Shown: positions 33,088 through 43,797, counted from the first letter of the stretch. The stretch: DNA of 64,000 nucleotides from a virus (IMGVR_UViG_3300035670_000190:1576-65575), one strand, 5' to 3'. Numbers and translations are program-made. The notes: generated by a model not told the origin, from the letters alone.

Positions 33088-35856
33088 ATGACAACAATAG
33101 TAACAGTAGAATTTGGTGGAACAGGCGCGAATAATGCTAATGATGCATTGACAGCGCTTGGTGCTGCATCGGCTGAATCTGCAAATGCCGCCGCGAATAC
33201 AGTCCGCGTTTCGCAAAATGGTGCATCAACACTTTCTGCTAAACAACTAAACTTCGTAAACACTGCAAATGTGACAATTTCTGTCACTGATGCTGGTGAT
33301 GGAAATGCGAATGTTGAAATTTTCTCTGCTGCTGGTGGCGGTGGAGGTGGAGAAACTGGACCTCAAGGACCGCAAGGTCCACAAGGACCGCAGGGTCCAC
33401 AGGGAATTGAAGGACCACAAGGTCCTCAAGGTCCCCAAGGCGTTGCTGGCGATGCAGGTCCACAGGGTCCACAAGGTCCACAAGGAACTGCTGGCGACAC
33501 AGGTCCTCAGGGACCACAGGGTCCACAGGGACCGCAAGGCATTGCAGGACCACAAGGTCCACAGGGTGTTGCTGGACCGCAGGGACCACAAGGTCCTCAG
33601 GGTGTAACTGGACCTCAAGGTCCACAAGGTCCGCAAGGTGTTGCAGGTCCGCAGGGTCCGCAGGGTCCACAAGGACCACAAGGTGTTGCAGGTCCACAAG
33701 GTCCACAGGGCGCTGCTGGCGATGTTGGTCCGCAAGGTCCACAAGGACCTTCTGGCGCTACGGGTAATACAGGTCCACAAGGTCCTCAAGGACCACAAGG
33801 TGTTGCTGGTGACACGGGTCCACAAGGTCCTCAAGGTCCAGAAGGTGCTGCATCAACTGTTGCTGGTCCGCAAGGTCCACAAGGACCTGCTGGTCCAACA
33901 GGTCCATCAGGAACTGGCACAGGTAATCCTGGTGCGACTCGCGACGAATTTACAGGTGACGGAACAACAACTGAATTTACTTTGACTGTTCCGCCAACAA
34001 GCGAACAACACACATTGGTTTTTGTTGCTACTGTTCTTCAAAGTAATTCTTCATACAATATTGCAAGCGCTAATGTAGTATTTGCAGAAGCACCTGCAAA
34101 TAATGCAGAAGTTATTGTTTATACCATTGGTGACTCTGGTCCACAAGGACCAACTGGACCATCAGGTCCATCAGGTTCTGGAGATACTGGACCTCAAGGT
34201 CCACAAGGACCACAAGGTGTTGCTGGTGATACGGGACCACAAGGTCCTCAAGGTCCAACTGGTGTAACAGGTGATGCTGGACCACAAGGTCCTCAAGGTC
34301 CCCAAGGTGTTGCAGGTGATACAGGTCCACAAGGACCACAAGGACCACAAGGACCACAGGGTATCGAAGGTCCACAAGGTCCACAAGGTCCACAAGGTCC
34401 GCAGGGTCCACAGGGTATCGAAGGACCACAAGGACCACAAGGACCACAGGGTATCGAAGGTCCACAAGGTCCACAGGGACCTCAAGGACCGCAAGGCGTC
34501 CAAGGCGATGCAGGTCCACAAGGTCCACAAGGACCTCAAGGTCCTCAGGGTGTAAAGGGAGACACTGGAGACTTTGGTGGTGCAACTTTTGAATATGCTT
34601 ATTCAACTAATGTTGCAAACACTGATCCAGGCGCAGGATTTTTGAAGTTTGATGATATAGACTTAGCAAATGCTAACACGCTTATCATCAATTGTTTGGA
34701 TATAGATAACGCTAATGCTCACAATTATCTTCAAACTATTGATGATTCAACCTCCGCAATTAAGGGTACATTTAAAGTTGCAAATACTTCCAATATAAAT
34801 TATTTTGCATACTTTAGTATCACAGGAAATCATACTCATTTAGATGGCGGTGGCGAATATTTTGCAGTCCCAATAGCTTTCTTAACTGGTGAAACATCGT
34901 TTAATGATGGGGCAAATGTCGTAATTACATTTGTTCGTACTGGAGATAAAGGTGATGCAGGTCCTCAAGGTCCGCAGGGTGTTGCAGGCGATACAGGTCC
35001 ACAAGGACCACAAGGACCTCAAGGACCACAGGGACCACAAGGCATCGAAGGACCACAGGGTCCACAAGGTCCACAAGGTATTGCTGGTCCACAAGGTCCA
35101 CAAGGACCTCAAGGACCTCAAGGACCGCAAGGCATCGAAGGTCCACAAGGACCACAGGGACCTCAAGGTCCTCAGGGTCCAGAAGGTGCTGCATCAACTG
35201 TTGCTGGTCCGCAAGGTCCTCAAGGTCCGTCAGGACCAAGTGGTTTGTCTGAATTCTTAGTTTCTGCAAACAGCGTTTCAACAGTAAATGCAAATTCAAT
35301 TAACTTTGTAAATACTGCAACAATCACCGCAGAAGTTTCAGCTGGTCCAGATGGAAATGCAAATATAGCATTTACAGTCATTGGTGGAGGCGGTGGTGGA
35401 ATATCATTCACCTCTTCAAATACTGCTCCAGAATCACCAAGTGCTGGTGATGAGTGGTTTGATACAGAATCAGGTGCACTGTTCAAATATATAACTGATG
35501 CAGACTCAAGTCAATGGGTAGAACTCAGTTCACCAAACAACTGGACTACACTGGGTGACGTTTCTTCTGGTGGTGGAAGTAGTGGTGTTGCTGTCGTTCG
35601 GAATGAATTCACAGGTGACGGTGCAAATACTGATTATACTCTTACAACTGCACCAACGGATGAAGCGCATACTCTTGTCTTTGTCGACAATGTTTATCAA
35701 AGTAATGCAGCGTATAATGTTTCATCAACAACTTTAAGTTTCACTTCTGCGCCAGATGCAAATTCAAATATCGCAGTTTATATTTTCTCTGGTGGAAGCG
35801 GTGGAACGACAACAACTGAATCAGGATTTAATCCATTCTTATTAGCAGGAATGTAA
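33088..35856 (+). CDS. collagen-like fibre protein 3 (922 aa)
   Basis: N-terminal GGTGA...LG, GPQ runs, two FTGDG domains, one GATFEY domain and AP.SP..GD.WFD motif; ends FNPFLLAGM. Confidence 0.88.
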   Translation: MTTIVTVEFGGTGANNANDALTALGAASAESANAAANTVRVSQNGASTLSAKQLNFVNTANVTISVTDAGDGNANVEIFSAAGGGGGGETGPQGPQGPQGPQGPQGIEGPQGPQGPQGVAGDAGPQGPQGPQGTAGDTGPQGPQGPQGPQGIAGPQGPQGVAGPQGPQGPQGVTGPQGPQGPQGVAGPQGPQGPQGPQGVAGPQGPQGAAGDVGPQGPQGPSGATGNTGPQGPQGPQGVAGDTGPQGPQGPEGAASTVAGPQGPQGPAGPTGPSGTGTGNPGATRDEFTGDGTTTEFTLTVPPTSEQHTLVFVATVLQSNSSYNIASANVVFAEAPANNAEVIVYTIGDSGPQGPTGPSGPSGSGDTGPQGPQGPQGVAGDTGPQGPQGPTGVTGDAGPQGPQGPQGVAGDTGPQGPQGPQGPQGIEGPQGPQGPQGPQGPQGIEGPQGPQGPQGIEGPQGPQGPQGPQGVQGDAGPQGPQGPQGPQGVKGDTGDFGGATFEYAYSTNVANTDPGAGFLKFDDIDLANANTLIINCLDIDNANAHNYLQTIDDSTSAIKGTFKVANTSNINYFAYFSITGNHTHLDGGGEYFAVPIAFLTGETSFNDGANVVITFVRTGDKGDAGPQGPQGVAGDTGPQGPQGPQGPQGPQGIEGPQGPQGPQGIAGPQGPQGPQGPQGPQGIEGPQGPQGPQGPQGPEGAASTVAGPQGPQGPSGPSGLSEFLVSANSVSTVNANSINFVNTATITAEVSAGPDGNANIAFTVIGGGGGGISFTSSNTAPESPSAGDEWFDTESGALFKYITDADSSQWVELSSPNNWTTLGDVSSGGGSSGVAVVRNEFTGDGANTDYTLTTAPTDEAHTLVFVDNVYQSNAAYNVSSTTLSFTSAPDANSNIAVYIFSGGSGGTTTTESGFNPFLLAGM

Positions 35857-35857
35857 A

Positions 35858-36193
35858 ATGGCAACGACATATAAAGTTTTAGGACAAGCAGCACTTACAC
35901 AGAATACGACATCAAATGTCTATACTGTTCCTGCAGCAACACAAGCAGTAATTTCAACCATAGTAATTTGTAATAGAGGTGCAGCAAATACTGTTTATAG
36001 ATTAGCAGTACAACCTGCAGGTGCTGCTCTTGCAAATCAACATTTTATCTCCTATGATACCGTTCTTCCGCAAAATGATACAATTGCACTAACACTTGGC
36101 ATCACACTTGGAAATACTGACGTCATTTCTGCAAACACAGAAGCAAGCAATGATAACGTATGTATAACTATTTTTGGATCAGAGATCACTTGA
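35858..36193 (+). CDS. ~110-aa adaptor-like virion protein (MATTYKVLGQ type)
   Basis: YTVPA.T.AVISTI.ICN and LTLGITL...D motifs; ends FGSEIT. Confidence 0.75.
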   Translation: MATTYKVLGQAALTQNTTSNVYTVPAATQAVISTIVICNRGAANTVYRLAVQPAGAALANQHFISYDTVLPQNDTIALTLGITLGNTDVISANTEASNDNVCITIFGSEIT

Positions 36194-36194
36194 T

Positions 36195-37151
36195 ATGTCG
36201 ATTAAATCTGTTAAAAATTCATCATTTAGTGAAAAAAGATTTAATTTTTTAAATGCTCGAGCATTGAGAGGACTTCTACAATCTCAAGGAACTGTAAGTG
36301 GATATGCGAGTGGAGGATTTACTGGACCAGCAACAAATTATAATATTATTGATAAATTCCCATTTGCTACAGACGCCAATGCGACTGATGTTGGCGATTT
36401 AACACTGGCGAGAAGAGAAGTTGCAGGTCAAAGTTCTCCATTTTTTGGTTATGGATATACCAGTGGTGGATATAGTCCAGCCAGAAACACTATTGATAAA
36501 TTTCCATTTGCTTCTGATGGTAATGCAACTGATGTTGGCGATTTAAGTGTATCAAGGAGAAATTTAACAGGACAAAGCTCTGAAACGCATGGTTACAGCA
36601 GCGGCGGAGGTCCACCAAATTTAAATACAATTGATAAATTTCCTTTTGTAGCGGAAACTAATGCCACTGATGTTGGAGATTTGCCACTTGCGAGATATGG
36701 TGCTGCAGGTCAAAGTTCCAGCACACATGGATATAATAGCGGTGGAGTCCCCATTCCACTTGCTCCCGCTGCAATCACTAAATTCCCATTCGCTTCTGAT
36801 TCAAATGCAACTGCAATCGCAGGACTGTCAGTTGCAAGATACGCCATAGCAGGACAAAATTCTAGTGAATATGGATATACATCAGGAGCTGGAACTCCTG
36901 CAGGTAATGTGATTGATAAATTTCCATTTGCATCGGATGCAGACGCTACTGATGTTGGTGATTTGACTGTAGATAGGAGTCGGGGCTCAGGGCAAAGTTC
37001 TTCTTCTTCAGGATATACCTCTGGAGGATTTATTGGACCAAACGTTCAACTTAATACTATCGATAAATTTCAATTTGTAGCAGATGGAAATGCTACTGAT
37101 GTTGGCGATTTAACTGTTGCACGACAGTTATCTGCAGGTCAGCAATACTGA
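36195..37151 (+). CDS. six-repeat Kelch-like beta-propeller protein A
   Basis: Six [39 protein letters not shown] repeats; ATG 36195 lies just after the upstream TGA. Confidence 0.8.
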   Translation: MSIKSVKNSSFSEKRFNFLNARALRGLLQSQGTVSGYASGGFTGPATNYNIIDKFPFATDANATDVGDLTLARREVAGQSSPFFGYGYTSGGYSPARNTIDKFPFASDGNATDVGDLSVSRRNLTGQSSETHGYSSGGGPPNLNTIDKFPFVAETNATDVGDLPLARYGAAGQSSSTHGYNSGGVPIPLAPAAITKFPFASDSNATAIAGLSVARYAIAGQNSSEYGYTSGAGTPAGNVIDKFPFASDADATDVGDLTVDRSRGSGQSSSSSGYTSGGFIGPNVQLNTIDKFQFVADGNATDVGDLTVARQLSAGQQY

Positions 37152-37158
37152 GAAATGA

Positions 37159-38373
37159 ATGTCAATCACAAGAGTCATTCCTGTATCATTATCAACCGAA
37201 ATCAGCGAGAGCACCTCTGCTGATCTTGTAATCTCAACAGCCACTTATCCTGACAGTGCAAATGGTGCATCAAACACTGGCGGTGATACTGTCATATTGA
37301 CTGGTAGCAATTTTGATGCAAACATTGCGATCTACGTCAATTCAAATCTTGTTTCAAATATTAATGTTTCAAATTCGAGTTATCTAACCTTTTCTTCTCC
37401 TACACTTGACATCAACAAATATATCATCTATGCTGTAAATCCAGATGGAACAACAGGTGTGTTCGCTGAAGGATTGAATGTGATTGAGGTGATAGCTGGT
37501 GGGTTTCAAGGAACAGTGAGTGGATATACGAGCGGCGGTCAAACTCCTTCACCCCCAGTTGGTACTAATGTTATAGATAAATTCCCATTCGCCTCTGATG
37601 CAAATGCAACAGATGTTGGAGATTTAACTGACACCAAGTTTGCAACAGCTGGGCAAAGCTCACAAGAAAATGGATATGTTTCTGGCGATTTCCCCGCCGT
37701 GACCGATATTGAAAAATTTCCATTTGCATCTGACACTAATGCAACCAATATTGCAGACTTAACGCAAGGTCGATACCAAACAGCAGGACAAAGTTCTCCT
37801 GTGAATGGGTATACTACTGGTGGAAGAGTCGGACTACCAACAGGTGGAAGAAATACCATCGATAAATTCCCATTCGCCTCTGATGCAAACGCAACTGATG
37901 TTGGCGATTTGACTGCATCAAGAAGAAATGTTGCGGGACAAAATTCAAATGATAATGGATATACTAGCGGCGGAAATTCACCACCAACAATATTCGACGT
38001 CATCGACAAATTCCCATTCGCTTCTGATGCTAATGCAACTGATGTGGGAGATTTGACTGAAGAAAGAGCTGGACTAGCAGGTCAAAGTTCAACACAGAGC
38101 GGATATACCAGCGGTGCTGGTTTAACTCTTGATACAGTTGATAAATTCCCATTCGCTTCTGATGCCAATGCAACTGATGTTGGAAATTTGACTGAAGGGC
38201 GAAATGGACCTACGGGTCAAAGTTCAACTGCGAGCGGATACACTAGTGGTGGATTAGTACCACCACCACGAGTTAACACAATTGACAAGTTTCCCTTTGC
38301 CTCTGATGCCAATGCAACTGATGTTGGGGATTTGACTGTTGCAAGATCAGCAGGTTCAGGTCAACAAGTCTAG
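37159..38373 (+). CDS. IPT/TIG-like domain plus six-repeat Kelch-like propeller B
   Basis: GGDTV.LTG.NF...V.NPDG Ig-like domain followed by six repeats. Confidence 0.8.
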   Translation: MSITRVIPVSLSTEISESTSADLVISTATYPDSANGASNTGGDTVILTGSNFDANIAIYVNSNLVSNINVSNSSYLTFSSPTLDINKYIIYAVNPDGTTGVFAEGLNVIEVIAGGFQGTVSGYTSGGQTPSPPVGTNVIDKFPFASDANATDVGDLTDTKFATAGQSSQENGYVSGDFPAVTDIEKFPFASDTNATNIADLTQGRYQTAGQSSPVNGYTTGGRVGLPTGGRNTIDKFPFASDANATDVGDLTASRRNVAGQNSNDNGYTSGGNSPPTIFDVIDKFPFASDANATDVGDLTEERAGLAGQSSTQSGYTSGAGLTLDTVDKFPFASDANATDVGNLTEGRNGPTGQSSTASGYTSGGLVPPPRVNTIDKFPFASDANATDVGDLTVARSAGSGQQV

Positions 38374-38392
38374 GTCTACAAACATAGAAACA

Positions 38393-38400
38393 AATAAATA
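38393..38400 (+). promoter_or_regulatory. probable late promoter variant AATAAATA
   Basis: 7/8 match, intergenic, upstream of the AGGAG RBS of 38429. Confidence 0.55.
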
Positions 38401-38428
38401 GAACGAAACTCTAGGAGAATTCCTCAAA

Positions 38429-39643
38429 ATGGCAATTACAAAAATCCCATCAATCGCTCTCTCCACTGAAGTTGCTGCGAATCTAAGTGGTCTAAGAGTC
38501 ACTTCGATCTCTTATGCAAGTGGCAGTGGAGCTGCAAACTCAGGCGGCGATACGATTACACTCACAGGAGCTAATTTTGATGCGAATCTAGAGATTTATA
38601 TTAACAGCGAACTCGTTTCAAATATTAATGTTGCCAACTCCACTTCTGTTTCGTTCACTTCTCCAGATGTTCCAATTGGTGTTTATGTGATCTATGTTGT
38701 AAATCCAGATGGAAAGACTGCGATTGTTGCTCCTGGTCTAAATGCGATCGAAGGTTATACATTCCAAGGAACAGTGAGTGGATATACGAGTGGTGGGCGA
38801 AATCCCGCCATTGGTACAACTATTTCGAACACAATTGACAAATTCCCATTTGCATCTGATGCCAATGCAACTGATGTTGGGGATTTGACAGGCAATTTTC
38901 AAGATACTGCAGGTCAAACTTCTTCTGTCAGCGGATACACTAGCGGTGGATACACCCCAGTCTCTGCATGGACAAATATAATTCAAAAATTTCCATTTGC
39001 ATCCGATACTAATGCAACAGATGTTGGCGATTTAACTAAACAAGTAAATTCACTAGCAGGTCAAAGTTCAAGTGATAATGGATATACTGCTGGGGGGTTT
39101 ATATCCCCCACAACCAGAAGTAATATTATCGATAAGTTTCCGTTCTCTTCTGACACAAACGCTTCTGACGTTGGAGATTTGACACTAGCAAGGGGTGCGT
39201 CTGCTGGTCAAAGCTCTTCTGAAAATGGGTATACGAGCGGTGGATTCACTAATAATATAACTAACGTCATTGATAAATTCCCATTCGCAACAAATGCAAA
39301 TGCAACTGACGTCGGAGATTTAACTGAAGCAAGAACTGGCGCAGCAGGACAAAGTTCATCCACTAGTGGCTATACTAGTGGTGGTGGTGGTTATGGTCCG
39401 CCAGTTTTTAACACAATTGACAAATTTTCATTTGCTTCTGATGGTAATGCAACTGATGTTGGTGATTTGACACAAGCGCGAGTTTCAGTTGCAGGTCAAA
39501 GTTCTACTGTTAGTGGTTATTCTAGTGGTGCACCTGAATCAGGTAATGTAATAGACAAATTCCCTTTCGCTTCTGATTCTAATGCAACTGATGTTGGTGA
39601 TTTGAGTCAAGCTCGAGGTCGGGCTGCAGGTCAACAAGTATAA
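38429..39643 (+). CDS. IPT/TIG-like domain plus six-repeat Kelch-like propeller C
   Basis: Tandem paralogue of 37159 (both 404 aa) with the same architecture but different loops. Confidence 0.8.
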   Translation: MAITKIPSIALSTEVAANLSGLRVTSISYASGSGAANSGGDTITLTGANFDANLEIYINSELVSNINVANSTSVSFTSPDVPIGVYVIYVVNPDGKTAIVAPGLNAIEGYTFQGTVSGYTSGGRNPAIGTTISNTIDKFPFASDANATDVGDLTGNFQDTAGQTSSVSGYTSGGYTPVSAWTNIIQKFPFASDTNATDVGDLTKQVNSLAGQSSSDNGYTAGGFISPTTRSNIIDKFPFSSDTNASDVGDLTLARGASAGQSSSENGYTSGGFTNNITNVIDKFPFATNANATDVGDLTEARTGAAGQSSSTSGYTSGGGGYGPPVFNTIDKFSFASDGNATDVGDLTQARVSVAGQSSTVSGYSSGAPESGNVIDKFPFASDSNATDVGDLSQARGRAAGQQV

Positions 39644-39664
39644 AAGTATAACAGGAAATAGAAT

Positions 39665-40051
39665 ATGGCTATTAATTTTCCAGGTTCACCGTCAAACGGT
39701 CAAAAATATACGTTCGGAAATCGAACTTGGCAATACAATTCAACATCAAATGCATGGTATGTTGCATCAAACACAACAAACATTTTGTCAGATTCATTTA
39801 CCGCAAATGGCAGCGTGAATACATTCACGCTCTCACAGACAACCAACACTATTACTTGTCTTGTGACTGTTGATGGTGTTTTATTGGTTCCAACAACAGA
39901 CTATAGTATTTCAAATAATACAACATTAACGTTGAATTTCATGCCTCCAAATGATTCAATCATTGAGGCAAGATCATTTACAATCGATCCATCAGTTACA
40001 ACATCAAGTTCATCTGGAGTGTCACTTGGTTTAGTGATCGCTCTTACATAA
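39665..40051 (+). CDS. short fibre-linker protein (MAINFP motif plus FTANG domain)
   Basis: MAINFPGSPSNGQ.Y...TW.Y....W, one FxGxG-type domain; ends GVSLGLVIALT. Confidence 0.7.
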   Translation: MAINFPGSPSNGQKYTFGNRTWQYNSTSNAWYVASNTTNILSDSFTANGSVNTFTLSQTTNTITCLVTVDGVLLVPTTDYSISNNTTLTLNFMPPNDSIIEARSFTIDPSVTTSSSSGVSLGLVIALT

Positions 40052-40063
40052 TCGGAGAATAAA

Positions 40064-40390
40064 ATGGCAGAAACATTTAAGATGTATAACGCATCACTGA
40101 CAACAGAAACAGCGAATGTTTATGTTTGTCCAGCAGGAACAACAGCAATTTTTATATTAGGGCAAGTTGCAAATGCTGATGGAGCAAACTCTGCAGACAT
40201 GACTATTGTGGCTACAGATAGTAGCAATACAAGCACTAAGTTTCTTGCAAAAACGATTCCTGTTCCTTCCGATGCAGCAACAAGTTTTTTGACTGGTAAG
40301 TTAGTATTGGAAGCTGGAGATTATCTTGCTGGAAGTGCAAGTGCAAATGATCATCTAGATGTTACTGTGAGTGTGCTTGAGATCACTTGA
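40064..40390 (+). CDS. ~110-aa adaptor-like virion protein (MAETFK type)
   Basis: VY.CPAGTTAI....VAN and GKLVLEAGD motifs; ends SVLEIT; GGAG RBS. Confidence 0.75.
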   Translation: MAETFKMYNASLTTETANVYVCPAGTTAIFILGQVANADGANSADMTIVATDSSNTSTKFLAKTIPVPSDAATSFLTGKLVLEAGDYLAGSASANDHLDVTVSVLEIT

Positions 40391-41397
40391 TGAATAACTT
40401 TATTGGAAAAAGAAATTTACTAGGCACAGCACCTGCGAATACTGCAGGTATTTGGTCTCTTGGAAGCATCAATCAAATGCGCCAGTATAGATTTATCAGA
40501 GATAGTGGTAGTACACAGGCGCAAGGAAATATTAGTGGATATTCAAGTGCTGGCACATCCTCACCAACAACTAGAGTAAATACCATCGACAAATTTCCAT
40601 TTGCGGCAGATGGCAATGCCACTGATGTTGGAGATTTGACTACAGTTAGAAATGATCTTTGGGGTCAAAGTTCTGCGACCAATGGATATTCGAGTGGCGG
40701 ATTTATTCCTGGGCTAACTAATATAATTGATAAATTTCCATTTGCAACTGATGCCAATGCTACTGATGTTGGTAATTTGACTGTTGCAAGAACATATGGT
40801 GCAGGTCAAAGTTCTAATGATAATGGATATGCCACAGGAGGTGTTAATCCACCAAGCACAACCAGTTATAATATTATAGAAAAGTTTCCATTTTCAACAG
40901 ACGCAAATGCAACTGATGTTGGAGATTTAGTGCAAGGCAGACAAAAAGCAGTAGGTCAAAGTTCCGCAGAAAATGGTTATTCCTCTGGTGGTGGATCTTC
41001 ACCAACAAGTTCAACTTCTACCATATATAAATTTCCATTTGCTTCAGACACTAATGCATCTTTTGTTGGCGATTTAACTGAAACTAGAAGACACTCCTCT
41101 GGACAAAATTCTGTACAAAATGGTTATGCAAGTGGAGGATTGAATCCAACTATTTCTAATGTTATCGATAAATTTCCATTCGCAACAGATGCGAATGCAA
41201 CTGATGTTGGGGATTTAACTCAAACAATAGATCGCCCTGCAGGTCAAAGTTCATTGATAAGTGGGTACTCTACTGGAGGACTAAATCCAGCTATATCTAA
41301 TGTTATCGAGAAATTTTTATTTGCTTCTGATGGAAATGCTGCTGATGTTGGTGATCTAACAGTGGGTAGATTTTCTTTTGCAGGTCAACAGGTATAA
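40390..41397 (+). CDS. six-repeat Kelch-like propeller D
   Basis: TGATG coupling to the adaptor; N-terminal FIG...AGIWSL; six repeats ending AGQQV. Confidence 0.8.
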   Translation: MNNFIGKRNLLGTAPANTAGIWSLGSINQMRQYRFIRDSGSTQAQGNISGYSSAGTSSPTTRVNTIDKFPFAADGNATDVGDLTTVRNDLWGQSSATNGYSSGGFIPGLTNIIDKFPFATDANATDVGNLTVARTYGAGQSSNDNGYATGGVNPPSTTSYNIIEKFPFSTDANATDVGDLVQGRQKAVGQSSAENGYSSGGGSSPTSSTSTIYKFPFASDTNASFVGDLTETRRHSSGQNSVQNGYASGGLNPTISNVIDKFPFATDANATDVGDLTQTIDRPAGQSSLISGYSTGGLNPAISNVIEKFLFASDGNAADVGDLTVGRFSFAGQQV

Positions 41398-41400
41398 ATT

Positions 41401-41646
41401 ATGAGTGAAAAAATTTATCGTATGTATGGAATTAACACAGCTGTTGAACTTCTTCGCCCAAAAGCAAAATGGGAGTGGACAGGCGGTGTTGGATTTACTC
41501 GTTGGGATGACCCACGACCATGTCCAACTAAAGAAGAAGTTGAAGAGACCATGGAAAAAATTAAAAACTTTGAAGACTCCATAAATACCATATGGACAGA
41601 AGAACAAATTCAAGAAATCACACAACACTTTGAGGAGAATCAGTAA
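41401..41646 (+). CDS. XkdW-like small tail protein
   Basis: A..LLRP.A.W....W.DPRP.PT.EE pattern. Confidence 0.6.
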   Translation: MSEKIYRMYGINTAVELLRPKAKWEWTGGVGFTRWDDPRPCPTKEEVEETMEKIKNFEDSINTIWTEEQIQEITQHFEENQ

Positions 41647-42011
41647 TGGCACATTTTGCACAACTGAATGAGAATAATGTCGTAACACAAGTAATTGTTG
41701 TCGCAAATAAAGACACTGCAGATGCAAATGGTGTTGAGAAAGAACACATTGGTGCTGCATTTTGCGAAAAACTTTTGGGCGGCACATGGAAACAAACGTC
41801 ATATAACGCAAACTTTCGCAAGAACTATGCAGGCATTGGTTATACTTACGACGCAGATCGTGATGCATTTATTCCACCAAAACCATTCAACTCATGGGTT
41901 TTAAATGAAGAAACTTGTCACTGGCAAGCACCAACGCCAATGCCAGATGATGGTAAAGTTTATTCATGGAATGAAGAAACAACGTCGTGGGTTGAAGTTT
42001 CAGCTGAGTAA
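41646..42011 (+). CDS. conserved phage protein (MAHFA family; tail-fibre-assembly-like C-terminus)
   Basis: MAHFAQL, W.QTSYN.NFRKNYAGIGY.YD...DAFI.PKP..SW and W.AP.PMP.DG..Y.W.E....W motifs. Confidence 0.75.
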   Translation: MAHFAQLNENNVVTQVIVVANKDTADANGVEKEHIGAAFCEKLLGGTWKQTSYNANFRKNYAGIGYTYDADRDAFIPPKPFNSWVLNEETCHWQAPTPMPDDGKVYSWNEETTSWVEVSAE

Positions 42012-42048
42012 ATGTTAATTCGAGAATAACGTCACAGAGAAACACTAA

Positions 42049-43797
42049 ATGACACAAAAAGTTTCAATTTTCATGGGTGGTACAGGCGCAAATAGTGCCT
42101 CTGCAGCAAGAGAAGCACTTGGTGTTCCTTCAACAGAAACAACCAATGCAGCCGCCAATACAGTCCGTGTTTCTCAAAATGGTGCCTCTACTTTAGATTC
42201 AAAACAACTGAACTTTGTAAACACTGCAAACGTCACAATCGTTGTTACAGATTCAGGAAACGGAAACGCTAATATTGAGTTTGATGTTGCTGGCGGTGGC
42301 ACTGGTCCACAAGGACCACAGGGACCACAAGGTGTCGCTGGTGACACAGGACCTCAAGGTCCACAAGGTCCTCAAGGTGTTGCTGGTGATGCTGGACCTC
42401 AAGGTCCACAAGGTCCTCAAGGTGTTGCTGGTGACGCAGGTCCACAGGGTCCACAGGGTCCACAGGGACCACAAGGTGTTGCTGGTGACGCAGGTCCACA
42501 GGGTCCACAGGGACCACAAGGTGTTGCTGGTGACGCAGGTCCACAAGGACCACAAGGACCACAGGGTCCTTCAGGACCAACAGGAAATTCTATCACAATC
42601 ACAGCCAACAGTGGATCGAGTGCTATTGTTAACACTGTGAATTTTGTAAACACTTCAACAGTCACAGTTTCTGTTTCAAATGCAAATGGAATTTCAAATA
42701 TTGCATTGACCACTACTGCAGCTGCTGTCAATGTTGCCAGAAATTCTTTTGAAGGCGATGGTTCTAATACAGACTTTACATTAACACTACAACCTGCTAA
42801 TGAAGATCATGCTCTAGTATTTGTTGATCGTGTGCTTCAAAGAAACAACGAATATAATGTAACCACAACAACACTCAGTTTCACAAGTGCACCAGATGCA
42901 AACTCAGTGATCGATGTTTTTATATTTGGTGGAAGTGAAGCTGCTGCAGCTGGCGGATTTCAAGGAACCGTTAGCGGATATACGAGCGGTGGTCTTGCCC
43001 CAAGTTTAAATGTAATTGATAAATTCCCATTTGCATCTGATGCGAGCGCATCTGATGTTGGTGATTTAAGTGTCGCGAGATATGAAAATGCAGGTCAAAG
43101 TTCCACTGCTAGTGGATATACTTCGGGTGGTGAATCTCCCATAACCAATGTAATCGACAAATTTCCATTCGCAACAAATGGCAATGCGACTGACGTTGGC
43201 GATTTAACATTAGCGAGAAGAGGTCAAGCAGGTCAAAGTTCTAGCGCAAGTGGCTATAACTCGGGTGGAAATCCTACTACAAACATTATTGATAAATTTC
43301 CATTCGCTTCTGACGCGAATGCTACAGATGTTGGCGATTTGACAGTTGGTAGAGCATTTATAGCAGGTCAAAGTTCTAGTGATAATGGATATACGAGCGG
43401 TGCATCTAATACTATTGATAAATTCCCATTCGCCTCTGATGGAAATGCGACTGATGTTGGAGATTTGACAGTTGGTAGAACATTTATAGCAGGGCAAAGT
43501 TCTAGCACGAGCGGATATAACTCAGGTGGCATTCCTGCTCCAAGTAATGGAAATATCATTGATAAGTTCCCATTTGCATCTGACGCTAATGCAACAGATG
43601 TGGGCGATTTAACTGTTGCAAGATATGGTCCTGCAGGTCAAAGTTCTACTGCCAGTGGATATTCAACTGGTGGTTATAGTTCTTCAAGTGTTACAGTTAA
43701 TACTATTGACAAGTTCCCATTTGCGTCTGATGGAAATGCAACTGATGTTGGCGATTTAACCGTAAGCAGAAGAAGCGGTGCGGGTCAACAAGACTAG
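42049..43797 (+). CDS. short collagen fibre fused to Kelch-like propeller E
   Basis: N-terminus closely similar to 33088, then a Gly-X-Y run, an FEGDG domain and six propeller repeats. Confidence 0.85.
   Translation: MTQKVSIFMGGTGANSASAAREALGVPSTETTNAAANTVRVSQNGASTLDSKQLNFVNTANVTIVVTDSGNGNANIEFDVAGGGTGPQGPQGPQGVAGDTGPQGPQGPQGVAGDAGPQGPQGPQGVAGDAGPQGPQGPQGPQGVAGDAGPQGPQGPQGVAGDAGPQGPQGPQGPSGPTGNSITITANSGSSAIVNTVNFVNTSTVTVSVSNANGISNIALTTTAAAVNVARNSFEGDGSNTDFTLTLQPANEDHALVFVDRVLQRNNEYNVTTTTLSFTSAPDANSVIDVFIFGGSEAAAAGGFQGTVSGYTSGGLAPSLNVIDKFPFASDASASDVGDLSVARYENAGQSSTASGYTSGGESPITNVIDKFPFATNGNATDVGDLTLARRGQAGQSSSASGYNSGGNPTTNIIDKFPFASDANATDVGDLTVGRAFIAGQSSSDNGYTSGASNTIDKFPFASDGNATDVGDLTVGRTFIAGQSSSTSGYNSGGIPAPSNGNIIDKFPFASDANATDVGDLTVARYGPAGQSSTASGYSTGGYSSSSVTVNTIDKFPFASDGNATDVGDLTVSRRSGAGQQD

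Noticed and set aside
18500-35300. Many long alternative-frame and antisense ORFs (LWTLRT..., VHKVLK..., DLEDLV...) over the collagen genes
   Set aside because: They are by-products of GGN-CCN-CAR repeats that lack stop codons in other frames. They have no RBS or promoter support.
35800-40051. Hydrophobic C-termini (LLAGM, LGLVIALT; also AIAMAMIFG at 31565) as membrane anchors
   Set aside because: They are too short for transmembrane helices and always precede an adaptor gene, so they are interpreted as docking peptides instead.
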